Source: Sulfurovum sp.
GTDB taxonomy: Bacteria; Campylobacterota; Campylobacteria; Campylobacterales; Sulfurovaceae
Assembly (NCBI GenBank): GCA_020721345.1
Contig: DYMX01000001.1
Location: 9,960-73,959, forward strand
Direction of reading: 5' to 3'
DNA length: 64,000 nucleotides
The position numbers and the translations under genes are program-made. Below are positions 19,453-27,808 of the stretch, piece by piece. The notes below the pieces were generated by a model that ran no database searches, had not been told where the DNA came from, and saw only the letters and a program-made list of their open reading frames with translations. Every line of letters begins with the position of its first letter. Within the stretch, counting starts at the first letter, position 1.

Positions 19453-20004
19453 ATGAATCAAAAAATTACAAAACTATCCGATGATTATTTACAAATCCTA
19501 AGACTTATAGAGGGGCTAAATGATAAAAATATATTTAAGTCTTTTGAAAATACCTTGCGAGTTCAAGACGGGATATTAAATCTCTTTGATAGTCTCTACT
19601 ACTTAGTAGGTGACAACAAAGATATAACATCAAATAAAAACATTATTTTAGATATGTTTGATTTTCAAAATTTTCTCAACACTTATAGGCTAACCACTAT
19701 TATACAAAGAGCTATTGAGCTTGGCGCAACCATGCAACACTTTACATTTGATGACTTCATGCTGCTTGTTGGCTTGGGCGACAAAGATATAAATATAGTT
19801 TTGGCATCAAGCAAATACATCAATGATGAAGTTGCGCGAAAAATTTTCAAACCAATTGTATATAAAGTTCTTGATAATCTATTTTTAAATGATGTATTGA
19901 GTATAGAATTTAAAAAAGAACTTTTAGCCTTTCTTTGCGAAGATGAAAATAAAAAATCAAGCACCTGCCAATTATTGATAAATAAATATAAACATTTAAA
20001 GTAA
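19453..20004 (+). CDS. hypothetical protein (183 aa), island A
   Basis: An ORF with good length, divergent from the LRV operon and sharing its operator. It appears all-helical and I recognise no motif. Confidence 0.5.
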   Translation: MNQKITKLSDDYLQILRLIEGLNDKNIFKSFENTLRVQDGILNLFDSLYYLVGDNKDITSNKNIILDMFDFQNFLNTYRLTTIIQRAIELGATMQHFTFDDFMLLVGLGDKDINIVLASSKYINDEVARKIFKPIVYKVLDNLFLNDVLSIEFKKELLAFLCEDENKKSSTCQLLINKYKHLK

Positions 20005-20015
20005 TGGTGATTTTT

Positions 20016-20915
20016 CTAAATAGAAATGCTTTCCATATATTCCCCTATCCTCTCCTTAACTTCATCAGCCAACCACTCTGGCTCCAAAACTCTCACGTAA
20101 GGGATACTTGAGAGAATGATAGGCATTATCTCCATCTCATTTGTTATCTCTACGGTTATCTCGACTGAGCCATCGCTGTCTTTGCCTGTGATACTTTGAG
20201 TTTTGAGCGGTTTTCTCTCAAAATAGACTATATAATCTTTATCTACCATAAGTTTTACATCAAACGGTTCGGTATCAAGCTGAAACCAAATAGAGTTTGC
20301 TTTTTTTAATCTCTCTTCTAGCTCTATGTTTGTATCAAAAACTTTGTCGATAATGGTTAGATTTTCTATGGATTTGATGTGAAACTTTTTAAATCTATCT
20401 TTACTTTTTACATCAAGAGCCAAAAGATACCAAAAACCATCAAAAAAAGCCAATTTGAGCGGCTTAAGTGTGAATTTTGTTTGTGGGTAAGTCATAGTAA
20501 TGATATGCTTAGCATTGATAGCTTTTTCCAACTCCATAAAATATGTTATATGGCTTTGACTCAAACTCTCACTTCTGTTATATGCAAATATATGGTGGTC
20601 TATATTTTGAGATAGTTCGCTTATGAGCATATGGGCTTTGCCATAAAACTCCGCGCCCACACCTTTTGCCATCTCGTCAAGAATAGCTAAAACTGTTTTT
20701 TCACTACTATCTACTTGTGTGCTTGTTTTATCTATACATAATTTTTTGCCATCTTTAATGATACCATTTTTGGATAGTATCTGCACAAAATCTCTCTGTA
20801 TTGTCTTTGTGCTTACTCCAAGATAAGCTGCCAACTCACTCATAGAAGATGGAGTTGCTTGAAGTATCTTATATACAGTATCTATTCTATTAAATCTATT
20901 ATTATCTATGGTCAT
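20016..20915 (-). CDS. WYL-domain transcriptional regulator (wHTH-WYL-WCX architecture, BrxR/CapW-like)
   Basis: N-terminal HTH (MSELAAYLGVSTKTIQRDFVQL-like). WYL core (ITMTYPQ...LKLAFFDGFWYLLALDVKSKDRFKKFHIKSI). C-terminal WCX-like end (DGSVEITVEI...IPYVRVLEPEWLADEVKERI). Confidence 0.8.
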   Translation of the reverse strand: MTIDNNRFNRIDTVYKILQATPSSMSELAAYLGVSTKTIQRDFVQILSKNGIIKDGKKLCIDKTSTQVDSSEKTVLAILDEMAKGVGAEFYGKAHMLISELSQNIDHHIFAYNRSESLSQSHITYFMELEKAINAKHIITMTYPQTKFTLKPLKLAFFDGFWYLLALDVKSKDRFKKFHIKSIENLTIIDKVFDTNIELEERLKKANSIWFQLDTEPFDVKLMVDKDYIVYFERKPLKTQSITGKDSDGSVEITVEITNEMEIMPIILSSIPYVRVLEPEWLADEVKERIGEYMESISI

Positions 20916-20962
20916 TTCAGACTATATCAGAAATGAGGTAAAGAAGAGAAGAGAAAGAAGTT

Positions 20963-20988
20963 AAACCATACCATAATCGGTATGGTTT
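20963..20988 (-). terminator. rho-independent terminator after the lipoprotein gene
   Basis: On the minus strand, AAACCATACC-GATTAT-GGTATGGTTT forms a perfect 10-bp stem followed by a T-rich tract (TTTAACTTCTTTCTCTTC). Confidence 0.6.
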
Positions 20989-21010
20989 ATTGTATTTTAA
21001 GGCAGACCTA

Positions 21011-21472
21011 TTATCTACACTGACTATAGCCGTTGTTCCAACCGTTTCTGTAGCTATAATTACGGTTATATTGATATGTATTTTTTCTTGTGCCTACATA
21101 TCTTCTAGACCAGCACCCGTCGGAATAACCATTGTTATATGAAGTATTGCCATAGCCACCGCCGCTACCGCCATAACTGCAACGATTGTAGCCGGAATTC
21201 CATCCTTCTCTGTAACTATAGTTGCGATTATATTGATAAGTATTTTTTCTCCATGTACCTCTTTTTGAGCTACATCCGTCTTGAACACCGTTTCTATAGT
21301 ATGAATCCCTGTTGGCTCCATAATTATAACCATCATAATAATACGCATCATTATTTGCGACACCACCGGTTAATGCATTTGCAACAACGGCTTGCTCATA
21401 TGCAGTACAACCGCCAAATATACCAGCGGCAAACAAAGACACTAAAACTAAGTAAAACTTCGAAATTTTCAT
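21011..21472 (-). CDS. Tyr/Asn/Gly-rich lipoprotein with an internal tandem duplication
   Basis: Start at the ATG 21472-21470 after AAGGAGAAAAA. Signal peptide with lipobox (AAGIFGG-C). There are two copies of DGC..(K/R)R....RKNTYQYNRNYSYR.GWN.GY..C. Confidence 0.6.
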   Translation of the reverse strand: MKISKFYLVLVSLFAAGIFGGCTAYEQAVVANALTGGVANNDAYYYDGYNYGANRDSYYRNGVQDGCSSKRGTWRKNTYQYNRNYSYREGWNSGYNRCSYGGSGGGYGNTSYNNGYSDGCWSRRYVGTRKNTYQYNRNYSYRNGWNNGYSQCR

Positions 21473-21541
21473 TTTTTCTCCTTTATATTTTAGCAATGAT
21501 ACATCATATTAATTTAAATGCATATTAAAAAATTAATCTAA

Positions 21542-21841
21542 TTATTTTAGCTTTGAGATAAAATTTGCTACTTCGGCTATTTCATTGTCATTAAGGCTTT
21601 TTACCATATTTTTCATCGTAGCACCCATGCCGTATTGATTTAGTGTACCACTTTTGTATGCTTGAACCTGTTTTATTGTCAAAGCGGTATTTTGACCGCC
21701 TATGGCTTTTGATTTGCCAAGAGCGGATTTTTCACCGTGCGATCCGTGACAACTATCACATCTTGATGCATATATATCCCCGCCTCCGGCATAAAGCGCA
21801 GATGAAAGTAACAATGATATTAAAATAAATAATTTACTCAT
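21542..21841 (-). CDS. periplasmic monoheme cytochrome c (c553-like)
   Basis: Signal peptide, the CDSCHG haem-binding motif, and a distal Met region (GMGATMKNM). 99 aa. Confidence 0.8.
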   Translation of the reverse strand: MSKLFILISLLLSSALYAGGGDIYASRCDSCHGSHGEKSALGKSKAIGGQNTALTIKQVQAYKSGTLNQYGMGATMKNMVKSLNDNEIAEVANFISKLK

Positions 21842-21921
21842 ACTTTTAAACTCTTTTTTGTTTTTTAAATTTTATCATATTATATGTGAATTTATCGTGT
21901 AGATATACGCATTTGCGATAA

Positions 21922-22254
21922 CTACTTTAATCTATCTTTTACTTTGTACTGCTCCCAGTATATATCTATCGATCTTTTAAGTGTCTTCTCGTTTATCTTG
22001 CTGTGAGCGTTTATCTCTTTTTCTTCCAAAAAATCTTTAGGCATTACGGAAATATCTTTTGATGGATACATAAAATAATGTAGCATTCCTGCTTTTACAT
22101 TATTTTCTCCGCCATATGCAAGCAGATATCTCATAAATATCTCTTGAAGCGAAGATGACATATCCCTATGACAGCCAACACATTTTTGACTATAAATATC
22201 TGAACTAAAGCTTGATGAAAAAAATATCATAAAAATAAAAATATATCTTACCAT
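21922..22254 (-). CDS. secreted CxxCH protein (putative monoheme cytochrome c-like) co-transcribed with the two-component system
   Basis: Signal-like N-terminus and a CVGCH motif. Its start overlaps the histidine kinase stop by 7 nt. Confidence 0.5.
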   Translation of the reverse strand: MVRYIFIFMIFFSSSFSSDIYSQKCVGCHRDMSSSLQEIFMRYLLAYGGENNVKAGMLHYFMYPSKDISVMPKDFLEEKEINAHSKINEKTLKRSIDIYWEQYKVKDRLK

Positions 22255-23432
22255 GTGATTGTTATGGATGTCCCTTCGTTGATTTGTGACTTAGCATCAA
22301 TTTGCATTCCGTACTCATCGATAATATTTTTAACGATACTTAGTCCTATACCAAAACCGCCTTCGCTGCTGTTAAATCTAGAATATCTATCAAAAATATA
22401 TTGTATCTTCTCAGATTCAATGCCTATACCCGAATCCTTAACGGTAAGACTATTTTCAAGCAGTTTGATATCTATAATTCCTTTTCGTTTGTTATATTTT
22501 ATGGCATTTGATATTAGATTATCTACTACTCTTGTAAATTTATTTTTATTTACTATGAGGAAGCTGTCTATTATATCTAGTTTAAAAATAATATCTTTTG
22601 ATCTTGCCAATATATCAAAATATTCCACCCTCTCTTCTATAATATTTTTTAAATTTATTTTTTCGCTAGATTTATATATATCGCTTTGCAAAGCAATATA
22701 TGTCAAATCATTATAAAGAACCGATACTGTTTTTGCTGCAATGTTTATACGATTTATTTTTTTTCTATTGTCTTCGTTTATCGTATCTAGGTCTATCATC
22801 TCTATATTTGTGAGTATCGCGCTAAGTGGCGTATTTAGTTCGTGTGTTGTATCTTTTATAAATCTATCCAGTATGCTTAGTGATGTTTTCATAGGACTCA
22901 AAAAAAGATTAAGTAGAAAAAAACCGATAATTGAAAATACTAAAATTGCAAATCCGCCATAAATTATTATATTTTGCCATGTATTATGCAGCCAAAGTTC
23001 ATCATCATCTATTTCAAGTATCAGATATTTTGCGCCCAAGTAGTAATCATCGAATGATTTGATAAAATGGATTTTTTTATCTTTGGTTATATAAAGTTCT
23101 CTGTCAAAATTTATCTCGTTACTTTTTAATAAAGAAAATATTTTTTGATATTCAAGATCATATATAGCGCTTACAAATCTACTGTCTCTCGGATATACAT
23201 TCTGCTCAGGAAATAAAAAATGCAGAGACTTTATCTTTCTTGCTTGCTCGCTTGCATAATCAGACAATACCACCCTTTTATTTAGCATCATTAATTGTTT
23301 TTGATATTGATAATAATAGATAGAAATCAGAGAAATAATACTCATCATCATAATGATGTAAAGTATTAAAAATCTATATAAAGATTTTTTTTCATTAGCA
23401 AGTAATAAATTTGTAACCCTGTTTCTTAACAC
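22248..23432 (-). CDS. sensor histidine kinase
   Basis: Two TM segments flank a periplasmic domain of about 120 aa. H-box HELNTPLSAI. N/G boxes (NAIKYN, DSGIGI, GGFGIGLSIV). Confidence 0.85.
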   Translation of the reverse strand: MLRNRVTNLLLANEKKSLYRFLILYIIMMMSIISLISIYYYQYQKQLMMLNKRVVLSDYASEQARKIKSLHFLFPEQNVYPRDSRFVSAIYDLEYQKIFSLLKSNEINFDRELYITKDKKIHFIKSFDDYYLGAKYLILEIDDDELWLHNTWQNIIIYGGFAILVFSIIGFFLLNLFLSPMKTSLSILDRFIKDTTHELNTPLSAILTNIEMIDLDTINEDNRKKINRINIAAKTVSVLYNDLTYIALQSDIYKSSEKINLKNIIEERVEYFDILARSKDIIFKLDIIDSFLIVNKNKFTRVVDNLISNAIKYNKRKGIIDIKLLENSLTVKDSGIGIESEKIQYIFDRYSRFNSSEGGFGIGLSIVKNIIDEYGMQIDAKSQINEGTSITITW

Positions 23433-24078
23433 TTTCTATGCAATCCTTTCCGATCATCTTGCGTAAATTCTTTATATATGTTCTAAGTGATGTGTCGCTT
23501 GGCTCTTCATCATAATCCCAAAGATTTTGAAAAATAACATCATGTGAAACTATTTCACCAATATGCTGCATAAAAAGTTTTAAAAGTTTTGCTTCTTTAT
23601 TTCCAAGGTTAATGTGTTTTTCATCTACAACTAGTTCATTGTTTTTTATGTCATATCTTATATGCTCAGAAATTTCAATAAATTTTTTATTTTGATGAAA
23701 AAAACCTCTTTTTAATAAAGTCTCGATCCTTATTAGTAGCTCTTTAATCTCAAACGGTTTACGTATATAATCATCACATCCGCTTTCAAAGCCGGCTTCA
23801 AGATCATCTACGCTGTTTAATGAGGTAATAAAAATAGCAGGCGCCGTAATACCGTTTTCTCTAGCTTCTTTTAAAAGCTCAAATCCATTCATCCTTGGAA
23901 CATTTACATCCAAAAGCAATAGATCATAATGGTTCTCATAAAGCAGATCAGAGGCTTCATCTCCATCAAAAGCGCTATCTACGGCATAATTGCAAGACTC
24001 TAAAAAATCTACGATTGTGTCATTAAGGTTTGAATCATCTTCAAGTAAAAATATTTTTACTTTTTGTGTTTTATTCAT
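23395..24078 (-). CDS. OmpR-family response regulator
   Basis: Receiver domain (LLEDD...DLLLLDVNVP) plus a winged-helix output domain (LRTYIKNLRKMIG...ESVKKQGYKF). Confidence 0.9.
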   Translation of the reverse strand: MNKTQKVKIFLLEDDSNLNDTIVDFLESCNYAVDSAFDGDEASDLLYENHYDLLLLDVNVPRMNGFELLKEARENGITAPAIFITSLNSVDDLEAGFESGCDDYIRKPFEIKELLIRIETLLKRGFFHQNKKFIEISEHIRYDIKNNELVVDEKHINLGNKEAKLLKLFMQHIGEIVSHDVIFQNLWDYDEEPSDTSLRTYIKNLRKMIGKDCIESVKKQGYKFITC

Positions 24079-24207
24079 AAAAAACGACCTTGAATTTAAG
24101 TGGTTTAATTATAACAGAATGTATATTAATTTGATTTATATGAAGTTTTAAAAAATACGAAAAACTATTTTTGCGCTCAAATACTTCTTGGCGCAAAAAT
24201 AATAAAA

Positions 24208-25797
24208 TTAAATTTGAGGACCTGCATCTTTACAGCTAAATTCGCTGCTATTATCATCATATCTATGAAAATTTTCGATAAATAATTTTGCTAAACCATT
24301 AATTGCTTTATCGTATGCCTGCTTATCATCCCAGCTGTTTCTAGGATTTAAAATATTGGCATCAACACCATTTAATTCTTTTGGAATTGCAAGATTAAAA
24401 ACATCCAAGGTTTCAAACTCTGAATTTAAAATTTCACCGCTAAGTATAGTATTTATACAAGCTCTAGTATTTTTCAAACTCATTCTTTTTCCTACTCCAT
24501 AAGGACCGCCGCCCCATCCGGTATTGACAAGGTAAACATTAACATTGTGTTTATCTATTTTTTCTCCGAGAAGTTTTGCATAACGAGTAGGATGAAGTGG
24601 AAGAAATGCCTCTCCGAAACAAGCAGAAAAAGTTGCTTGAGGTTCCTTGATGCCCCTCTCTGTTCCGGCAACTTTTGCCGTATATCCGCTTAGAAAATAA
24701 TACATTGCCTGTTCTTTGGTAAGCTTGCTCACAGGAGGAAGGACACCAAAAGCGTCAGCAGTTAAAAATATTATATTTTTTGGATGACCTGCTTGTAGAT
24801 TTTCTTTATAGTTTTCAATATGCTCTATTGGATAAGAGACTCTTGTATTTTCTGTTTTTGAGTCGTCATCATAGTTTATATTGCCGTTATCATCATATAC
24901 GACATTTTCCAAAAGCGCATTTTTTCTAATTGCCGCATATATCTCGGGCTCATTATTTGGATCAAGATTGATAACTTTAGCATAGCATCCGCCCTCAAAG
25001 TTAAATACGCCTTCATCATCCCAGCCATGCTCATCATCGCCGATAAGAGCGCGCTTAGGATCTGTTGAAAGTGTTGTTTTCCCTGTTCCGGAAAGACCAA
25101 AAAACAGACAAACATCGCCGTCTTTGCCTACATTTGCAGAGCAATGCATAGATAGCTTTCCTTCTAGCGGCAACCAGTAGTTCATCATTGAAAAAATACC
25201 TTTTTTCATCTCGCCGCCGTACCATGTTCCACCGATTATGCAAACATTATCTTCTATATTAAAAACAACAAAGACATCAGAATTCAGCCCCTGTTCTTTG
25301 TATTTATCGTTGGAAACTTTACATGCATTATAAACAATAAAATCAGGCTCAAAATCTTCTAATTCTTCTTTTGTGGGTCTAATGAACATATTTGTAACAA
25401 AATGAGCCTGCCAAGAAACTTCTGATATGAATCTAATTTTTTTACGGCTCTCGATACTCGCTCCGGCGTAAACATCATTTACATATATAGATTTATTTGA
25501 TAATTCATTAAGCGACAATTCCAAAAGCTCATTATATATCTCTTTTGAAATTGGCCTATTTACATCACCCCAAGCTATTTCATCTGAAGATGGAAGTTGT
25601 TTTACAAAATATTTATCCTTAGGGCTTCTTCCTGTAAAAATTCCGGTATCACACATTGCCGTATCATTTGTGGAGAGTTTACATTCGCTTCTATTTACCT
25701 CATGTCTATGAAGTTCATCAAAGCTAAGATTATAGTAAATCTCTTTTATATTTTCTATGCCTAACTTTTCAAGTCCCTTTGACAACTTGGTGTCCAT
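24208..25797 (-). CDS. pckA: phosphoenolpyruvate carboxykinase (ATP)
   Basis: 529 aa, with the kinase-1a motif [11 protein letters not shown] and IGDDEHGW. Confidence 0.95.
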   Translation of the reverse strand: MDTKLSKGLEKLGIENIKEIYYNLSFDELHRHEVNRSECKLSTNDTAMCDTGIFTGRSPKDKYFVKQLPSSDEIAWGDVNRPISKEIYNELLELSLNELSNKSIYVNDVYAGASIESRKKIRFISEVSWQAHFVTNMFIRPTKEELEDFEPDFIVYNACKVSNDKYKEQGLNSDVFVVFNIEDNVCIIGGTWYGGEMKKGIFSMMNYWLPLEGKLSMHCSANVGKDGDVCLFFGLSGTGKTTLSTDPKRALIGDDEHGWDDEGVFNFEGGCYAKVINLDPNNEPEIYAAIRKNALLENVVYDDNGNINYDDDSKTENTRVSYPIEHIENYKENLQAGHPKNIIFLTADAFGVLPPVSKLTKEQAMYYFLSGYTAKVAGTERGIKEPQATFSACFGEAFLPLHPTRYAKLLGEKIDKHNVNVYLVNTGWGGGPYGVGKRMSLKNTRACINTILSGEILNSEFETLDVFNLAIPKELNGVDANILNPRNSWDDKQAYDKAINGLAKLFIENFHRYDDNSSEFSCKDAGPQI

Positions 25798-25834
25798 CTT
25801 TTTCCTCTTTTATATTTTAATAATGTTAGATTAA

Positions 25835-27622
25835 TTATGCCAACGATGCAAGCAATTGACCTGCTTGAACAGCGCTGTCAACCGTTACATCTATCGAAGC
25901 AATTGTGCCTGCTTTGGGCGCAACTACATCTATTTCCATTTTCATGGCTTCAAGGATCATTATTTTTTGACCTTCAGTTACTTTATCACCTACATTTACT
26001 AGCACTTTCCATACATTACCAGGCGTTTGCGATGTTATTTTTGTTCCGCCGACAGCTGAGGCTGCAGGTGCACTGCTTGCTTCTTTTGCTGCAGGCTTCG
26101 CAACTTCTGTGATCTTAATATCTGCATCACCTTGCGCAACTTGAACACTATATTTCTTACCGTTCACTACTACTGTATAATTACCGCTCATATCCCCTCC
26201 TTGAGTCATTGTATATTTGCCTTTTCTAACCATTAATGGACCTTCGCCTTTCAAGAAAGCAATTCCTTTTTTGTCGCAAGATGCCGCAATGAAAATATTT
26301 TCATCACTTACTGACAGTTCTTCATCTTCAAGAACTTTTGTCCAATAAGCGATTGATTTTTTCTCATCTCTATCTGCAATATCCAATGGATTTTCGTTTG
26401 TAGGTTCTAGTTTTAACTGTTTGCTTGCAAGTTTTATAACTTCACTATCAGCTTCAACCGGTGTTTTACCAAAATATCCTAAAACCATTTTTCCATATCC
26501 TGGAGCTATCTGTTTCCATGGTCCAAACATTACGTTGGCATATGCTTGCTGCCAGTAAAATTGGCTAACTGGCGTTACAGATGTACCGTATCCGCCTTTT
26601 TCAACAACTTCTTTCATGGCCAAAAGTACTTCATCGAATTTTTCAAGATTTCCGTTATCTCTCATCATTTGAGTATTTGCAGTCAATGCGCCGCCCGGCA
26701 TTGGAGAGAATGGAATAATAGGATTAACTTGCGTAGATTCCGGCGGTATCATATAGTCTTTTAAACATTTTGATAGAGTTTCTTCATATTTTAGGATTTT
26801 ATTTACATCAAAATCACCAAGATTATAATCAGTACCTTTAGTTGCGTGTATCATAGTAAGAATGTCCGGCTGACTTGTTCCTCCGCTTACAGGTGATGCC
26901 GCTAGATCTATACCGTTAACGCCTGCATCAAGCGCTGCCAAATAAGATACTACGCTAACACCTGCCGTCTCATGCATATGAAGTCTAAGATGGACTGAGT
27001 CTCCTAAAAGTTTTCTTGCCATACTGATAGTTTCGTAAACTTTATGCGGATTTGACGTACCGCTTGCATCTTTAAAACAAACACTATCAAATACTATGCC
27101 GCTATCAAGTATGCTTCTTAAAGTTTTTTCATAAAAAGCAACATCATGCGCTCCCGTACAACCTGGAGGCAAATCCATCATTGTAACTACAACTTCATGG
27201 TTCATATTGTATTTTTTGATACACTCGGCGCTATATATGAGATTGTTTACATCATTTAACGCATCAAAGTTTCTAACGGTCGTTGTGCCGTGTTTTGCAA
27301 ACATTTTTGCAAAGAGATCTATCATTTCTCTGCTTCCGGTATCAAGCATAACGGTATTTATTCCGCGTGAAAGAACTTGAAGATTTGCTTTAGGTCCAGC
27401 GATCTCTCTAAATTTATCCATCATATCAAATGCATTTTCTTGCAAATAGAAAAATAGAGATTGGAATCTAGCTCCACCGCCAAATTCAAAATGACTTATG
27501 CCTGCATTTTTTGCAGCCTCAACAGCAGGAAGAAAATCCTCCATAAGTACACGACCGCCAAAGACAGATTGAAACCCATCTCTAAAAGTCGTATCCATAA
27601 TATCTATATATTTCTTGGTCAT
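25835..27622 (-). CDS. pycB: pyruvate carboxylase subunit B (carboxyltransferase plus biotin carrier; oxaloacetate decarboxylase alpha-like)
   Basis: N-terminal DTTFRDGFQS (HMGL-like carboxyltransferase) and a C-terminal biotinyl domain with EAMKME. Confidence 0.85.
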   Translation of the reverse strand: MTKKYIDIMDTTFRDGFQSVFGGRVLMEDFLPAVEAAKNAGISHFEFGGGARFQSLFFYLQENAFDMMDKFREIAGPKANLQVLSRGINTVMLDTGSREMIDLFAKMFAKHGTTTVRNFDALNDVNNLIYSAECIKKYNMNHEVVVTMMDLPPGCTGAHDVAFYEKTLRSILDSGIVFDSVCFKDASGTSNPHKVYETISMARKLLGDSVHLRLHMHETAGVSVVSYLAALDAGVNGIDLAASPVSGGTSQPDILTMIHATKGTDYNLGDFDVNKILKYEETLSKCLKDYMIPPESTQVNPIIPFSPMPGGALTANTQMMRDNGNLEKFDEVLLAMKEVVEKGGYGTSVTPVSQFYWQQAYANVMFGPWKQIAPGYGKMVLGYFGKTPVEADSEVIKLASKQLKLEPTNENPLDIADRDEKKSIAYWTKVLEDEELSVSDENIFIAASCDKKGIAFLKGEGPLMVRKGKYTMTQGGDMSGNYTVVVNGKKYSVQVAQGDADIKITEVAKPAAKEASSAPAASAVGGTKITSQTPGNVWKVLVNVGDKVTEGQKIMILEAMKMEIDVVAPKAGTIASIDVTVDSAVQAGQLLASLA

Positions 27623-27808
27623 TTATATACCTTTTTTGATAATTTATACCGTTTTTATATGTATCGATATAATATTTTTCTATGCGACCGTTTTGGTAGC
27701 AAGATTTTAAACTACTTTTACTTACTACTAAGTTAAAAAAACATCTATAAGTTATTTTTTTACTTTAATTTTACCTATTGAACCTGCCAAAAAACACAAT
27801 TGTCTTTT

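Noticed and set aside
21094-21528. Two alternative-frame ORFs (90 aa on the minus strand, 129 aa on the plus strand) over the lipoprotein gene
   Set aside because: The repeat-rich, compositionally biased DNA keeps several frames open. Only the frame with a signal peptide, lipobox and RBS is credible.
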